Positions 11,389 through 21,900 of a DNA stretch of 64,000 nt are shown here, in pieces. Position 1 is the stretch's first letter. Each line of letters starts with the position of its first letter. The stretch is from Eledone cirrhosa. Its lineage: Eukaryota. The notes beneath the pieces are model-generated. The model saw nothing but the letters and a program-made list of their open reading frames with translations. It was not told the origin of the DNA and ran no database searches. Position numbers and translations under genes: made by a program. The stretch covers positions 18,972,001 to 19,036,000 of the forward strand of contig OZ024754.1 of NCBI GenBank assembly GCA_964016885.1. Direction: 5' to 3'.

Positions 11389-13170
11389 ATGGCCGAAGCT
11401 TCTTCACCAAAATTCGAAGGAGGAAAGGGGAAGATGAACTTACAGCTTCCCCCTGCCACTGTCACAGTAGCAGAGGTCAAGAAGATAGGTCAGCCAGAGG
11501 AAGAATTCTCTCCACCTGTTAACCGACAACTTGACGTTACCATGGCAACAACCCAAAGAACCAACAGCAACAACAACAACAATGCGACGGTAGAAAACAA
11601 CACCAATAACAATAACAATAACAACAACAAGACCAATAACGGTGACAACAACAACAATGATAACAACAACACCACCAACGACAACAACAACACAAACAAA
11701 CAAAATTTCTCCTTCGCCGAGACGACAAGGAAAACCCTCGACTATCTGCCAGTAGATATAACAAAAGCGAAGGAGCTACTGGCGGATGCGAAAAAATATA
11801 TAGTGTACGGGGAAAATGGTTCATTCACAATCCATTCCCCCCCGGAACTAAAAAGCCAGAGACTCCTAAACACGGTCATGTTTAGGACAATCTCGAACAA
11901 AAGTAAAAAACCAGCTCAACCATCACAGAGCGAGATAGAGCTGGTTTTAAAAGACGTCATGAAGGACATCACCTTCATTCAGAAGGATAGACTCTACGGG
12001 AGTCTATCCATTCTCATGAAGGACAGGGACACAGCAGTGAAACTGTCCATCAAACCAATCACATCCACCGCATACACCTTCTACCCTACGTACATGGGTA
12101 GAAGAACACAAAAAATAAAAATCCACACCATCCTGCCGATTATGGACATATGGTGGGTTTTGACAGGTTTTCTGGACCTGGAGGATGACATGCTGGTGTC
12201 CATGGGAAAGGCATCGGGTGACGCGTTCAGTGGAACGAGCCTCGAACTTGTAGTTCAAATGAGGCCCGAAAGGATCGCCCAGATCCCTGAACGCGTCATA
12301 CTGGATGATCTAACCTTCATCAACATTACCGTTGAGGGTAGACGGCCCTCGTGTTACCTCTGCGGAACCAGAGGTCACCTGAGGGCTGTCTGTCCCCAAC
12401 TTAATAAGAAAACCCCAATCCTGCCTACACCACCAACAACTGCACAACCAACACAATCACCACAACAACCACTACAAAAACAACCACCACAGCTCAAACC
12501 AAAACAAAACAATGTCCAACCCATCCCCTCCACTCAAAAAACAAAAACAATTTCCAAAACACCCGTACCGCAAACACAACCCGAAAATATACCCCTCCCC
12601 TCCAACGCGGAAGATGACCCTAGTTCGTCGTCAGACGAGGAGGAGCACTTCCACACAATCAAAAGAAAAAAAAGAAAACACACCTCAGACACACAAATGA
12701 AAAAAACCCCTCCCCAAAACATAACACTGACACCAACACAAAAGAGCTCACAACAGCAAACAAAAAACACCACACAAAAACAAAAACATGCATACACATA
12801 CATAAATACAAGAAACAAAAAACTGTTAAACATTGTGTACAACAACAATCTAATAAAAACACAAGGGCCTAACTTCACCCAGGCAGGGGATTTCCCCCAC
12901 CTCAAAATGATTAAGGCCCCACAGGACACCTATAAAACTTTAAAAAACAATTTTAAAGAGGACGTGGGTCCCCCCTGCGTCGGGCCCATTAACCGAGTCC
13001 TCCTAAAAAACTATCCCACCCCCTCCCCAAACACCCTCACAACTCCAAGCTCCCCAACCACACAACACACTGATGCCCCCACACTTCCACAAACCACCAC
13101 CCCACCCAACAACCCATCCCCCACCCTAATGGAAATTGTGCAGCCCGATACCCGGGACGCAGAGAGGTAA
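11389..13170 (+). CDS. E3 ORF1 (593 aa), gag-like nucleic-acid-binding protein
   Basis: poly-Asn N-terminus, CX2CX4HX4C knuckle, P/T/Q-rich linker, basic KRKKRK patch; lies upstream of the APE-RT ORF. Confidence 0.92.
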   Translation: MAEASSPKFEGGKGKMNLQLPPATVTVAEVKKIGQPEEEFSPPVNRQLDVTMATTQRTNSNNNNNATVENNTNNNNNNNNKTNNGDNNNNDNNNTTNDNNNTNKQNFSFAETTRKTLDYLPVDITKAKELLADAKKYIVYGENGSFTIHSPPELKSQRLLNTVMFRTISNKSKKPAQPSQSEIELVLKDVMKDITFIQKDRLYGSLSILMKDRDTAVKLSIKPITSTAYTFYPTYMGRRTQKIKIHTILPIMDIWWVLTGFLDLEDDMLVSMGKASGDAFSGTSLELVVQMRPERIAQIPERVILDDLTFINITVEGRRPSCYLCGTRGHLRAVCPQLNKKTPILPTPPTTAQPTQSPQQPLQKQPPQLKPKQNNVQPIPSTQKTKTISKTPVPQTQPENIPLPSNAEDDPSSSSDEEEHFHTIKRKKRKHTSDTQMKKTPPQNITLTPTQKSSQQQTKNTTQKQKHAYTYINTRNKKLLNIVYNNNLIKTQGPNFTQAGDFPHLKMIKAPQDTYKTLKNNFKEDVGPPCVGPINRVLLKNYPTPSPNTLTTPSSPTTQHTDAPTLPQTTTPPNNPSPTLMEIVQPDTRDAER

Positions 13171-13194
13171 GTGCCTTTTCTCTTCACCACCAAC

Positions 13195-16100
13195 ATGGCT
13201 ATGCTAAGAGTAGGCTGTTTAAATGCGCGTGGCCTGGGCTCAACTTGGAAGCAAGCAATGCTTCTAAATGACCTCAGGTCACAACGTATAGATGTGATGG
13301 TTATTTGCGAGGCCCGGATCAGCAACGTGCGACAGCTGGCCCCCACCTTTGATGACTTTGAGATGCACGCATCTCTCTGTCAGCCTGGAGGTGGGGGTGG
13401 AGTTGTCGTTCTGCTGCAAAAACATCTGGGTCTCGCAACACAGATGGTACATTTGGACCCGGAGGGTCGACTAGTGGTTCTGGACCTTGGCAGTGGTAAA
13501 GGCGGAGCGTTTAGGTTGGTAGCCGCCTACGGCCCTTTCGGGTCAATGCGGCCGGACTTCTTCCATCGTCTGGAGACTTTTCTAGGGACGTCCCGCTCCT
13601 TGCTATTAGTGGGGGACTGGAATGGTATCCTAGATGCACGTTGGGACTACGTAGGGGCCTGCCCCGATAGAGAGGGGTGTAATAGCCTCAAAGGGTTAAT
13701 CGGTCGATTTGACCTGGCCGATAGATATCGACTAGATTTTCCGACTGCGCCAACCTGGACTTGGGCAAATCGTAGCGGATCATCTAGGTCGTACCTAGAT
13801 AGGTTCTTAGTTAGAATTAAGGATAAGGACTTTTTAAGTTGTCCAAAAATGCGCATTGTTGGCTATTCAGACCACAAATTAGTGACCTGCATGGTCAACC
13901 TTGACAGAACTCATAGACAGGGCCCCGGTTACTGGAAGCTCAACTTGTCCTTGCCGGCAAGTAGAGCCTACAGGAATCGGATTAGTACGTTAGTTAAGGA
14001 ACGGTTGACTGGAGCGATCGTCAACAGCAGGTGGTGGGTATCTCTAAAGAGAGAGATTAGAGTAGTCTCGATAGAATTTAGTAAGGTTCTAGCTGCGGAT
14101 AGGAATAGGAAGGAAAGGGAGCTAATAGATAGAGTAGAAGAGGCAATTAGAAGCGGCGACGTGGCCAGAGTGCTAGCGTCGAGAACGGCTTTGAGCCAGT
14201 TTTTCGACGCGAAGCACGAAGGCTGCGTTGTCCGAAGTAAAATACGTGCTCTAGGGAACGAGGGGACCAAAGCTGTTAGCTGGGCCCGCGTGACAGAGGC
14301 CAACAGTGGAACTAAATCCACCATCCGGTCTTTGCGAGACCTGGATGGACGGGCGATTCTTGAGCCTAAGCAGATGTGTGAGGCCTTTCAAAGGCACTTT
14401 GCCCGACTGTTCGGGAGGGGCGGGGAGCCGGTTGGGAACGTGGACTTCGGTCCATACCTCGACGGCCTGCCGCGCCTCTCGGACAGGGAGGCGAAGTCCT
14501 GCGAGGAGCCGATTTCGGCCGCTGAGATAGAGGACGTGCTGAGCCAATGCGGCAAACGCAAATCCCCGGGTCTCGATGGTCTTCCTTACGAATTATATCT
14601 AGCTATGCCGGACTTGTTCCCCGATCTCCTCGAGGCGGTATACTGCAACTGGCAACAGAACGGGAGAATTCCCTGTACTGTGACCAAGGGCGTAGTCACG
14701 CTAGTGAGGAAGGACGAGAACAAGGGGGACGAAATAAGTAACTTCAGGCCCATAACACTGCTAAATACAGAGTTACAGATTTTGGCCAAGGTGCTAGCAA
14801 AGAGGTTGGCGCTTGTCGTGGGCAACCTGGTGGGAGATGCGCAGACATGCGCTATCCCGTCCAGGTCCATCCATGACAACCTCCACCTCATGCGATACAT
14901 CATAGAGAGGGTTGGGAACGAACCCGGCTTTGGTGGGGCTCTGATCAACTTGGATCAATCTAAGGCGTTCGATAGGGTCGACCATGGTTACCTGGATGCG
15001 GTGCTAGCGGCGGCAGGCTTCGGACCCGTTTTCAGGGGCTGGATCACTGCTATGCACAGCAGCCGCATCTGCTCTAGGGTCAAGGTGAACGGCTACCTCT
15101 CGGAGCCGTTCAAAATCGCGCGGTCCATCCGACAAGGGTGCCCTCTCTCCTCCCTTCTGTATGTATTGACTCTCGAGCCACTACTGCGGAAGTTGGAGTT
15201 GTTGCAGGGCATCCCTTTGGAACCGGGATTGCGGAAAGCGGTGTCGGCCTACGCCGATGACGTGACAGTAATGGTGTCGACGGCCTCCGAAATCGAGGCG
15301 GTCGGCACCTTACTGGAGGAGTACGAAAAGTTCACAGGGGCTAAGCTGAACCGGGACAAGTCGATCGGTTTGCAACTCGGCACGTGGAGGGGCAGACCGA
15401 TGCCCTCCGATAGCGTCGTCGGACGCTGGACGGAGGGCCCGGTGAAGTTGCTCGGGGTCTGGTTCGGACCGGACCTCCAGGTGGAGAAAAACTGGGCGGA
15501 GGTTACGAACAGAGTGTTTGCACTGACCCAGAAGTGGGCCAGTTGCAAACTATCCCTGAAAGGTCGGGCGGAGGTGGCGAACACCTACATAGCGTCCGTC
15601 ATCTACTACCGCCTGACCGTAGTGCCCTGCCCAAGGGAAACCCTCACCAAGATGGAGCGCGCGCTCTTCCAATTCCTTTGGAAGAGGCGGGCTCCTATGG
15701 TGAGGAGATCCATCTGCTGTCAACACCCTTCGAAAGGAGGGCTGGGGATGCCGTGGCTAATGATGCGTAAACACGCATTAAGGCTACGGCACCTCTACGT
15801 ATTCCTCACCGGACAACCGGTGTGGGCCTCGTTTGTGAGACGAACCTTTCCCAGACTCGTCTCACTCACCGAGCTGCAATCCTGGGTCAAGCAAAGACCG
15901 AGAAAACTGGGCGCCTGGCACACTGAGTGTGCCCAGGCGCTCACCGCCCTCTGGCAGGCGGATCCGGTTATCAGTGGAGACTCCACCGCAACATTCTATA
16001 GAGGGCTGGTACGCAGCAGGTGCGACGACGCCCTCGGAGAAGCCCTAGACATGGAGGAGGACGAACTGGCCAGCCTTTTCGGTAGGACATTCAGCCCGGG

Positions 16101-16632
16101 ACCTATGGACAACTTCCAGAAGTCCCTGGCCTGGCAGTGCTACCGAGGGGCTTTACCCGTTCGAGAAAGGCTCTACAGACACGGGCGCCCGGGTAGGGAC
16201 CCCGCCAAAAAGATCTGTCCCAGATGCGTGTGCGACGAGGAAACCGTTGCACACGCATTAGTACACTGCTCGGGCGTAGCCGATCTGTGGGGCTATGTCG
16301 AACAACTGCTGTCAAGGGTGGGACCGATCCGGTTGACCACCGAGTCTATTGTAATGATCAAGCCGCCTCCCCCCTTCAAAGATGAAGCAGAGGCGGTGTT
16401 TCTGTGCGTAATAGCCATGGCGAAAGAGGTTGTATGGTGGACGCGTCTGAAAGGACTGAGGTCGGGCACCTTTCTCTCTGGCCAACAACTGGTCCGTTTC
16501 TTCCGATATCATTTCGGAAGAAGGATCAGGATGGAGAGAGAGGTGCTGCACCCCAGCCGTTTCTATGAAAGATGGGTGAAAGTGGCGAGAATGGCCCGTG
16601 TGAATGGGCCTTCACTCTACATCAGACTATAG
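13195..16632 (+). CDS. E3 ORF2: APE endonuclease + RT + zinc finger
   Basis: same motifs as E2 ORF2, uninterrupted. Confidence 0.94.
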   Translation: MAMLRVGCLNARGLGSTWKQAMLLNDLRSQRIDVMVICEARISNVRQLAPTFDDFEMHASLCQPGGGGGVVVLLQKHLGLATQMVHLDPEGRLVVLDLGSGKGGAFRLVAAYGPFGSMRPDFFHRLETFLGTSRSLLLVGDWNGILDARWDYVGACPDREGCNSLKGLIGRFDLADRYRLDFPTAPTWTWANRSGSSRSYLDRFLVRIKDKDFLSCPKMRIVGYSDHKLVTCMVNLDRTHRQGPGYWKLNLSLPASRAYRNRISTLVKERLTGAIVNSRWWVSLKREIRVVSIEFSKVLAADRNRKERELIDRVEEAIRSGDVARVLASRTALSQFFDAKHEGCVVRSKIRALGNEGTKAVSWARVTEANSGTKSTIRSLRDLDGRAILEPKQMCEAFQRHFARLFGRGGEPVGNVDFGPYLDGLPRLSDREAKSCEEPISAAEIEDVLSQCGKRKSPGLDGLPYELYLAMPDLFPDLLEAVYCNWQQNGRIPCTVTKGVVTLVRKDENKGDEISNFRPITLLNTELQILAKVLAKRLALVVGNLVGDAQTCAIPSRSIHDNLHLMRYIIERVGNEPGFGGALINLDQSKAFDRVDHGYLDAVLAAAGFGPVFRGWITAMHSSRICSRVKVNGYLSEPFKIARSIRQGCPLSSLLYVLTLEPLLRKLELLQGIPLEPGLRKAVSAYADDVTVMVSTASEIEAVGTLLEEYEKFTGAKLNRDKSIGLQLGTWRGRPMPSDSVVGRWTEGPVKLLGVWFGPDLQVEKNWAEVTNRVFALTQKWASCKLSLKGRAEVANTYIASVIYYRLTVVPCPRETLTKMERALFQFLWKRRAPMVRRSICCQHPSKGGLGMPWLMMRKHALRLRHLYVFLTGQPVWASFVRRTFPRLVSLTELQSWVKQRPRKLGAWHTECAQALTALWQADPVISGDSTATFYRGLVRSRCDDALGEALDMEEDELASLFGRTFSPGPMDNFQKSLAWQCYRGALPVRERLYRHGRPGRDPAKKICPRCVCDEETVAHALVHCSGVADLWGYVEQLLSRVGPIRLTTESIVMIKPPPPFKDEAEAVFLCVIAMAKEVVWWTRLKGLRSGTFLSGQQLVRFFRYHFGRRIRMEREVLHPSRFYERWVKVARMARVNGPSLYIRL

Positions 16633-16896
16633 GTGAGGAAGATGAAAGACCAAGGGAGCACCCCTTCTCTGTGCTCCTGAGGAGAAGGGTTGCACACTTT
16701 TTTCGGGGGTGTGTGCGACCCCCCAAGGCGCCTCCTCTCTATTGAGGATTTTGTTAAAAATTTTATTTTTTGTTATATCTTATTTTATTTTTATATTTTG
16801 TTATTGCCTCCTCCTTATTGAGGACGCCTTTTTGTGTAAACTCCCCCCTTTGTACTTGTCCCACTTTTGATGCCCTAGTGGCAAATAAAAGAAATA

Positions 16897-16922
16897 TATC
16901 TATCTATCTATCTATCTATCTA

Positions 16923-16955
<33 letters not shown>

Positions 16956-16967
16956 ATCTATCTATCT
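16897..16967 (+). repeat. (TATC)n spacer E3/E4
   Basis: direct reading; shortest spacer in the array. Confidence 0.95.
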
Positions 16968-17177
16968 GGGATGGACACACGCGTATAACTTGCTGAGTAA
17001 GTTCTGTTTAAATTTCTATAGAAATTCTTGTCTGATAACTTTAATTTTTGTACCATTTTGTAGAGGGACTACCAGGTCAAACTTTGATCTGGTCAGTCTC
17101 TCAAAATATTCTACGCCTTTAGGCGAAATAGTTAAAAAAAAAAGTTTTTTCTTGTTGAAAAGTCAATATTTTTTTAA

Positions 17178-18959
17178 ATGGCCGAAGCTTCTTCACCAAA
17201 ATTCGAAGGAGGAAAGGGGAAGATGAACTTACAGCTTCCCCCTGCCACTGTCACAGTAGCAGAGGTCAAGAAGATAGGTCAGCCAGAGGAAGAATTCTCT
17301 CCACCTGTTAACCGACAACTTGACGTTACCATGGCAACAACCCAAAGAACCAACAGCAACAACAACAACAATGCGACGGTAGAAAACAACACCAATAACA
17401 ATAACAATAACAACAACAAGACCAATAACGGTGACAACAACAACAATGATAACAACAACACCACCAACGACAACAACAACACAAACAAACAAAATTTCTC
17501 CTTCGCCGAGACGACAAGGAAAACCCTCGACTATCTGCCAGTAGATATAACAAAAGCGAAGGAGCTACTGGCGGATGCGAAAAAATATATAGTGTACGGG
17601 GAAAATGGTTCATTCACAATCCATTCCCCCCCGGAACTAAAAAGCCAGAGACTCCTAAACACGGTCATGTTTAGGACAATCTCGAACAAAAGTAAAAAAC
17701 CAGCTCAACCATCACAGAGCGAGATAGAGCTGGTTTTAAAAGACGTCATGAAGGACATCACCTTCATTCAGAAGGATAGACTCTACGGGAGTCTATCCAT
17801 TCTCATGAAGGACAGGGACACAGCAGTGAAACTGTCCATCAAACCAATCACATCCACCGCATACACCTTCTACCCTACGTACATGGGTAGAAGAACACAA
17901 AAAATAAAAATCCACACCATCCTGCCGATTATGGACATATGGTGGGTTTTGACAGGTTTTCTGGACCTGGAGGATGACATGCTGGTGTCCATGGGAAAGG
18001 CATCGGGTGACGCGTTCAGTGGAACGAGCCTCGAACTTGTAGTTCAAATGAGGCCCGAAAGGATCGCCCAGATCCCTGAACGCGTCATACTGGATGATCT
18101 AACCTTCATCAACATTACCGTTGAGGGTAGACGGCCCTCGTGTTACCTCTGCGGAACCAGAGGTCACCTGAGGGCTGTCTGTCCCCAACTTAATAAGAAA
18201 ACCCCAATCCTGCCTACACCACCAACAACTGCACAACCAACACAATCACCACAACAACCACTACAAAAACAACCACCACAGCTCAAACCAAAACAAAACA
18301 ATGTCCAACCCATCCCCTCCACTCAAAAAACAAAAACAATTTCCAAAACACCCGTACCGCAAACACAACCCGAAAATATACCCCTCCCCTCCAACGCGGA
18401 AGATGACCCTAGTTCGTCGTCAGACGAGGAGGAGCACTTCCACACAATCAAAAGAAAAAAAAGAAAACACACCTCAGACACACAAATGAAAAAAACCCCT
18501 CCCCAAAACATAACACTGACACCAACACAAAAGAGCTCACAACAGCAAACAAAAAACACCACACAAAAACAAAAACATGCATACACATACATAAATACAA
18601 GAAACAAAAAACTGTTAAACATTGTGTACAACAACAATCTAATAAAAACACAAGGGCCTAACTTCACCCAGGCAGGGGATTTCCCCCACCTCAAAATGAT
18701 TAAGGCCCCACAGGACACCTATAAAACTTTAAAAAACAATTTTAAAGAGGACGTGGGTCCCCCCTGCGTCGGGCCCATTAACCGAGTCCTCCTAAAAAAC
18801 TATCCCACCCCCTCCCCAAACACCCTCACAACTCCAAGCTCCCCAACCACACAACACACTGATGCCCCCACACTTCCACAAACCACCACCCCACCCAACA
18901 ACCCATCCCCCACCCTAATGGAAATTGTGCAGCCCGATACCCGGGACGCAGAGAGGTAA
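17178..18959 (+). CDS. E4 ORF1 (593 aa)
   Basis: translation matches E3 ORF1. Confidence 0.92.
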   Translation: MAEASSPKFEGGKGKMNLQLPPATVTVAEVKKIGQPEEEFSPPVNRQLDVTMATTQRTNSNNNNNATVENNTNNNNNNNNKTNNGDNNNNDNNNTTNDNNNTNKQNFSFAETTRKTLDYLPVDITKAKELLADAKKYIVYGENGSFTIHSPPELKSQRLLNTVMFRTISNKSKKPAQPSQSEIELVLKDVMKDITFIQKDRLYGSLSILMKDRDTAVKLSIKPITSTAYTFYPTYMGRRTQKIKIHTILPIMDIWWVLTGFLDLEDDMLVSMGKASGDAFSGTSLELVVQMRPERIAQIPERVILDDLTFINITVEGRRPSCYLCGTRGHLRAVCPQLNKKTPILPTPPTTAQPTQSPQQPLQKQPPQLKPKQNNVQPIPSTQKTKTISKTPVPQTQPENIPLPSNAEDDPSSSSDEEEHFHTIKRKKRKHTSDTQMKKTPPQNITLTPTQKSSQQQTKNTTQKQKHAYTYINTRNKKLLNIVYNNNLIKTQGPNFTQAGDFPHLKMIKAPQDTYKTLKNNFKEDVGPPCVGPINRVLLKNYPTPSPNTLTTPSSPTTQHTDAPTLPQTTTPPNNPSPTLMEIVQPDTRDAER

Positions 18960-18983
18960 GTGCCTTTTCTCTTCACCACCAAC

Positions 18984-21900
18984 ATGGCTATGCTAAGAGT
19001 AGGCTGTTTAAATGCGCGTGGCCTGGGCTCAACTTGGAAGCAAGCAATGCTTCTAAATGACCTCAGGTCACAACGTATAGATGTGATGGTTATTTGCGAG
19101 GCCCGGATCAGCAACGTGCGACAGCTGGCCCCCACCTTTGATGACTTTGAGATGCACGCATCTCTCTGTCAGCCTGGAGGTGGGGGTGGAGTTATCGTTC
19201 TGCTGCAAAAACATCTGGGTCTCGCAACACAGATGGTACATTTGGACCCGGAGGGTCGACTAGTGGTTCTGGACCTTGGCAGTGGTAAAGGCGGAGCGTT
19301 TAGGTTGGTAGCCGCCTACGGCCCTTTCGGGTCAATGCGGCCGGACTTCTTCCATCGTCTGGAGACTTTTCTAGGGACGTCCCGCTCCTTGCTATTAGTG
19401 GGGGACTGGAATGGTATCCTAGATGCACGTTGGGACTACGTAGGGGCCTGCCCCGATAGAGAGGGGTGTAATAGCCTCAAAGGGTTAATCGGTCGATTTG
19501 ACCTGGCCGATAGATATCGACTAGATTTTCCGACTGCGCCAACCTGGACTTGGGCAAATCGTAGCGGATCATCTAGGTCGTACCTAGATAGGTTCTTAGT
19601 TAGAATTAAGGATAAGGACTTTTTAAGTTGTCCAAAAATGCGCATTGTTGGCTATTCAGACCACAAATTAGTGACCTGCATGGTCAACCTTGACAGAACT
19701 CATAGACAGGGCCCCGGTTACTGGAAGCTCAACTTGTCCTTGCCGGCAAGTAGAGCCTACAGGAATCGGATTAGTACGTTAGTTAAGGAACGGTTGACTG
19801 GAGCGATCGTCAACAGCAGGTGGTGGGTATCTCTAAAGAGAGAGATTAGAGTAGTCTCGATAGAATTTAGTAAGGTTCTAGCTGCGGATAGGAATAGGAA
19901 GGAAAGGGAGCTAATAGATAGAGTAGAAGAGGCAATTAGAAGCGGCGACGTGGCCAGAGTGCTAGCGTCGAGAACGGCTTTGAGCCAGTTTTTCGACGCG
20001 AAGCACGAAGGCTGCGTTGTCCGAAGTAAAATACGTGCTTTAGGGAACGAGGGGACCAAAGCTGTTAGCTGGGCCCGCGTGACAGAGGCCAACAGTGGAA
20101 CTAAATCCACCATCCGGTCTTTGCGAGACCTGGATGGACGGGCGATTCTTGAGCCTAAGCAGATGTGTGAGGCCTTTCAAAGGCACTTTGCCCGACTGTT
20201 CGGGAGGGGCGGGGAGCCGGTTGGGAACGTGGACTTCGGTCCATACCTCGACGGCCTGCCGCGCCTCTCGGACAGGGAGGCGAAGTCCTGCGAGGAGCCG
20301 ATTTCGGCCGCTGAGATAGAGGACGTGCTGAGCCAATGCGGCAAACGCAAATCCCCGGGTCTCGATGGTCTTCCTTACGAATTATATCTAGCTATGCCGG
20401 ACTTGTTCCCCGATCTCCTCGAGGCGGTCTACTGCAACTGGCAACAGAACGGGAGAATTCCCTGTACTGTGACCAAGGGCGTAGTCACGCTAGTGAGGAA
20501 GGACGAGAACAAGGGGGACGAAATAAGTAACTTCAGGCCCATAACACTGCTAAATACAGAGTTACAGATTTTGGCCAAGGTGCTAGCAAAGAGGTTGGCG
20601 CTTGTCGTGGGCAACCTGGTGGGAGATGCGCAGACATGCGCTATCCCGTCCAGGTCCATCCATGACAACCTCCACCTCATGCGATACATCATAGAGAGGG
20701 TTGGGAACGAACCCGGCTTTGGTGGGGCTCTGATCAACTTGGATCAATCTAAGGCGTTCGATAGGGTCGACCATGGTTACCTGGATGCGGTGCTAGCGGC
20801 GGCAGGCTTCGGACCCGTTTTCAGGGGCTGGATCACTGCTATGCACAGCAGCCGCATCTGCTCTAGGGTCAAGGTGAACGGCTACCTCTCGGAGCCGTTC
20901 AAAATCGCGCGGTCCATCCGACAAGGGTGCCCTCTCTCCTCCCTTCTGTATGTATTGACTCTCGAGCCACTACTGCGGAAGTTGGAGTTGTTGCAGGGCA
21001 TCCCTTTGGAACCGGGATTGCGGAAAGCGGTGTCGGCCTACGCCGATGACGTGACAGTAATGGTGTCGACGGCCTCCGAAATCGAGGCGGTCGGCACCTT
21101 ACTGGAGGAGTACGAAAAGTTCACAGGGGCTAAGCTGAACCGGGACAAGTCGATCGGTTTGCAACTCGGCACGTGGAGGGGCAGACCGATGCCCTCCGAT
21201 AGCGTCGTCGGACGCTGGACGGAGGGCCCGGTGAAGTTGCTCGGGGTCTGGTTCGGACCGGACCTCCAGGTGGAGAAAAACTGGGCGGAGGTTACGAACA
21301 GAGTGTTTGCACTGACCCAGAAGTGGGCCAGTTGCAAACTATCCCTGAAAGGTCGGGCGGAGGTGGCGAACACCTACATAGCGTCCGTCATCTACTACCG
21401 CCTGACCGTAGTGCCCTGCCCAAGGGAAACCCTCACCAAGATGGAGCGCGCGCTCTTCCAATTCCTTTGGAAGAGGCGGGCTCCTATGGTGAGGAGATCC
21501 ATCTGCTGTCAACACCCTTCGAAAGGAGGGCTGGGGATGCCGTGGCTAATGATGCGTAAACACGCATTAAGGCTACGGCACCTCTACGTATTCCTCACCG
21601 GACAACCGGTGTGGGCCTCGTTTGTGAGACGAACCTTTCCCAGACTCGTCTCACTCACCGAGCTGCAATCCTGGGTCAAGCAAAGACCGAGAAAACTGGG
21701 CGCCTGGCACACTGAGTGTGCCCAGGCGCTCACCGCCCTCTGGCAGGCGGATCCGGTTATCAGTGGAGACTCCACCGCAACATTCTATAGAGGGCTGGTA
21801 CGCAGCAGGTGCGACGACGCCCTCGGAGAAGCCCTAGACATGGAGGAGGACGAACTGGCCAGCCTTTTCGGTAGGACATTCAGCCCGGGACCTATGGACA

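Larger units (their letters stand above)
11180..16896 (+). mobile_element. E3: full-length, intact Tx1-like element (subfamily A), ~5.7 kb
   Basis: 5' end GGGATGGACACACGCG shared exactly with E4; ~210-nt 5' UTR; two open ORFs; ~260-nt 3' UTR; (TATC)n on both sides. Confidence 0.96.

Noticed and set aside
13171-16632. bacterial RT system (retron, group II intron, DGR)
   Set aside because: the APE-RT-zinc finger layout, gag-like ORF1 and 5' truncations are diagnostic of eukaryotic LINEs
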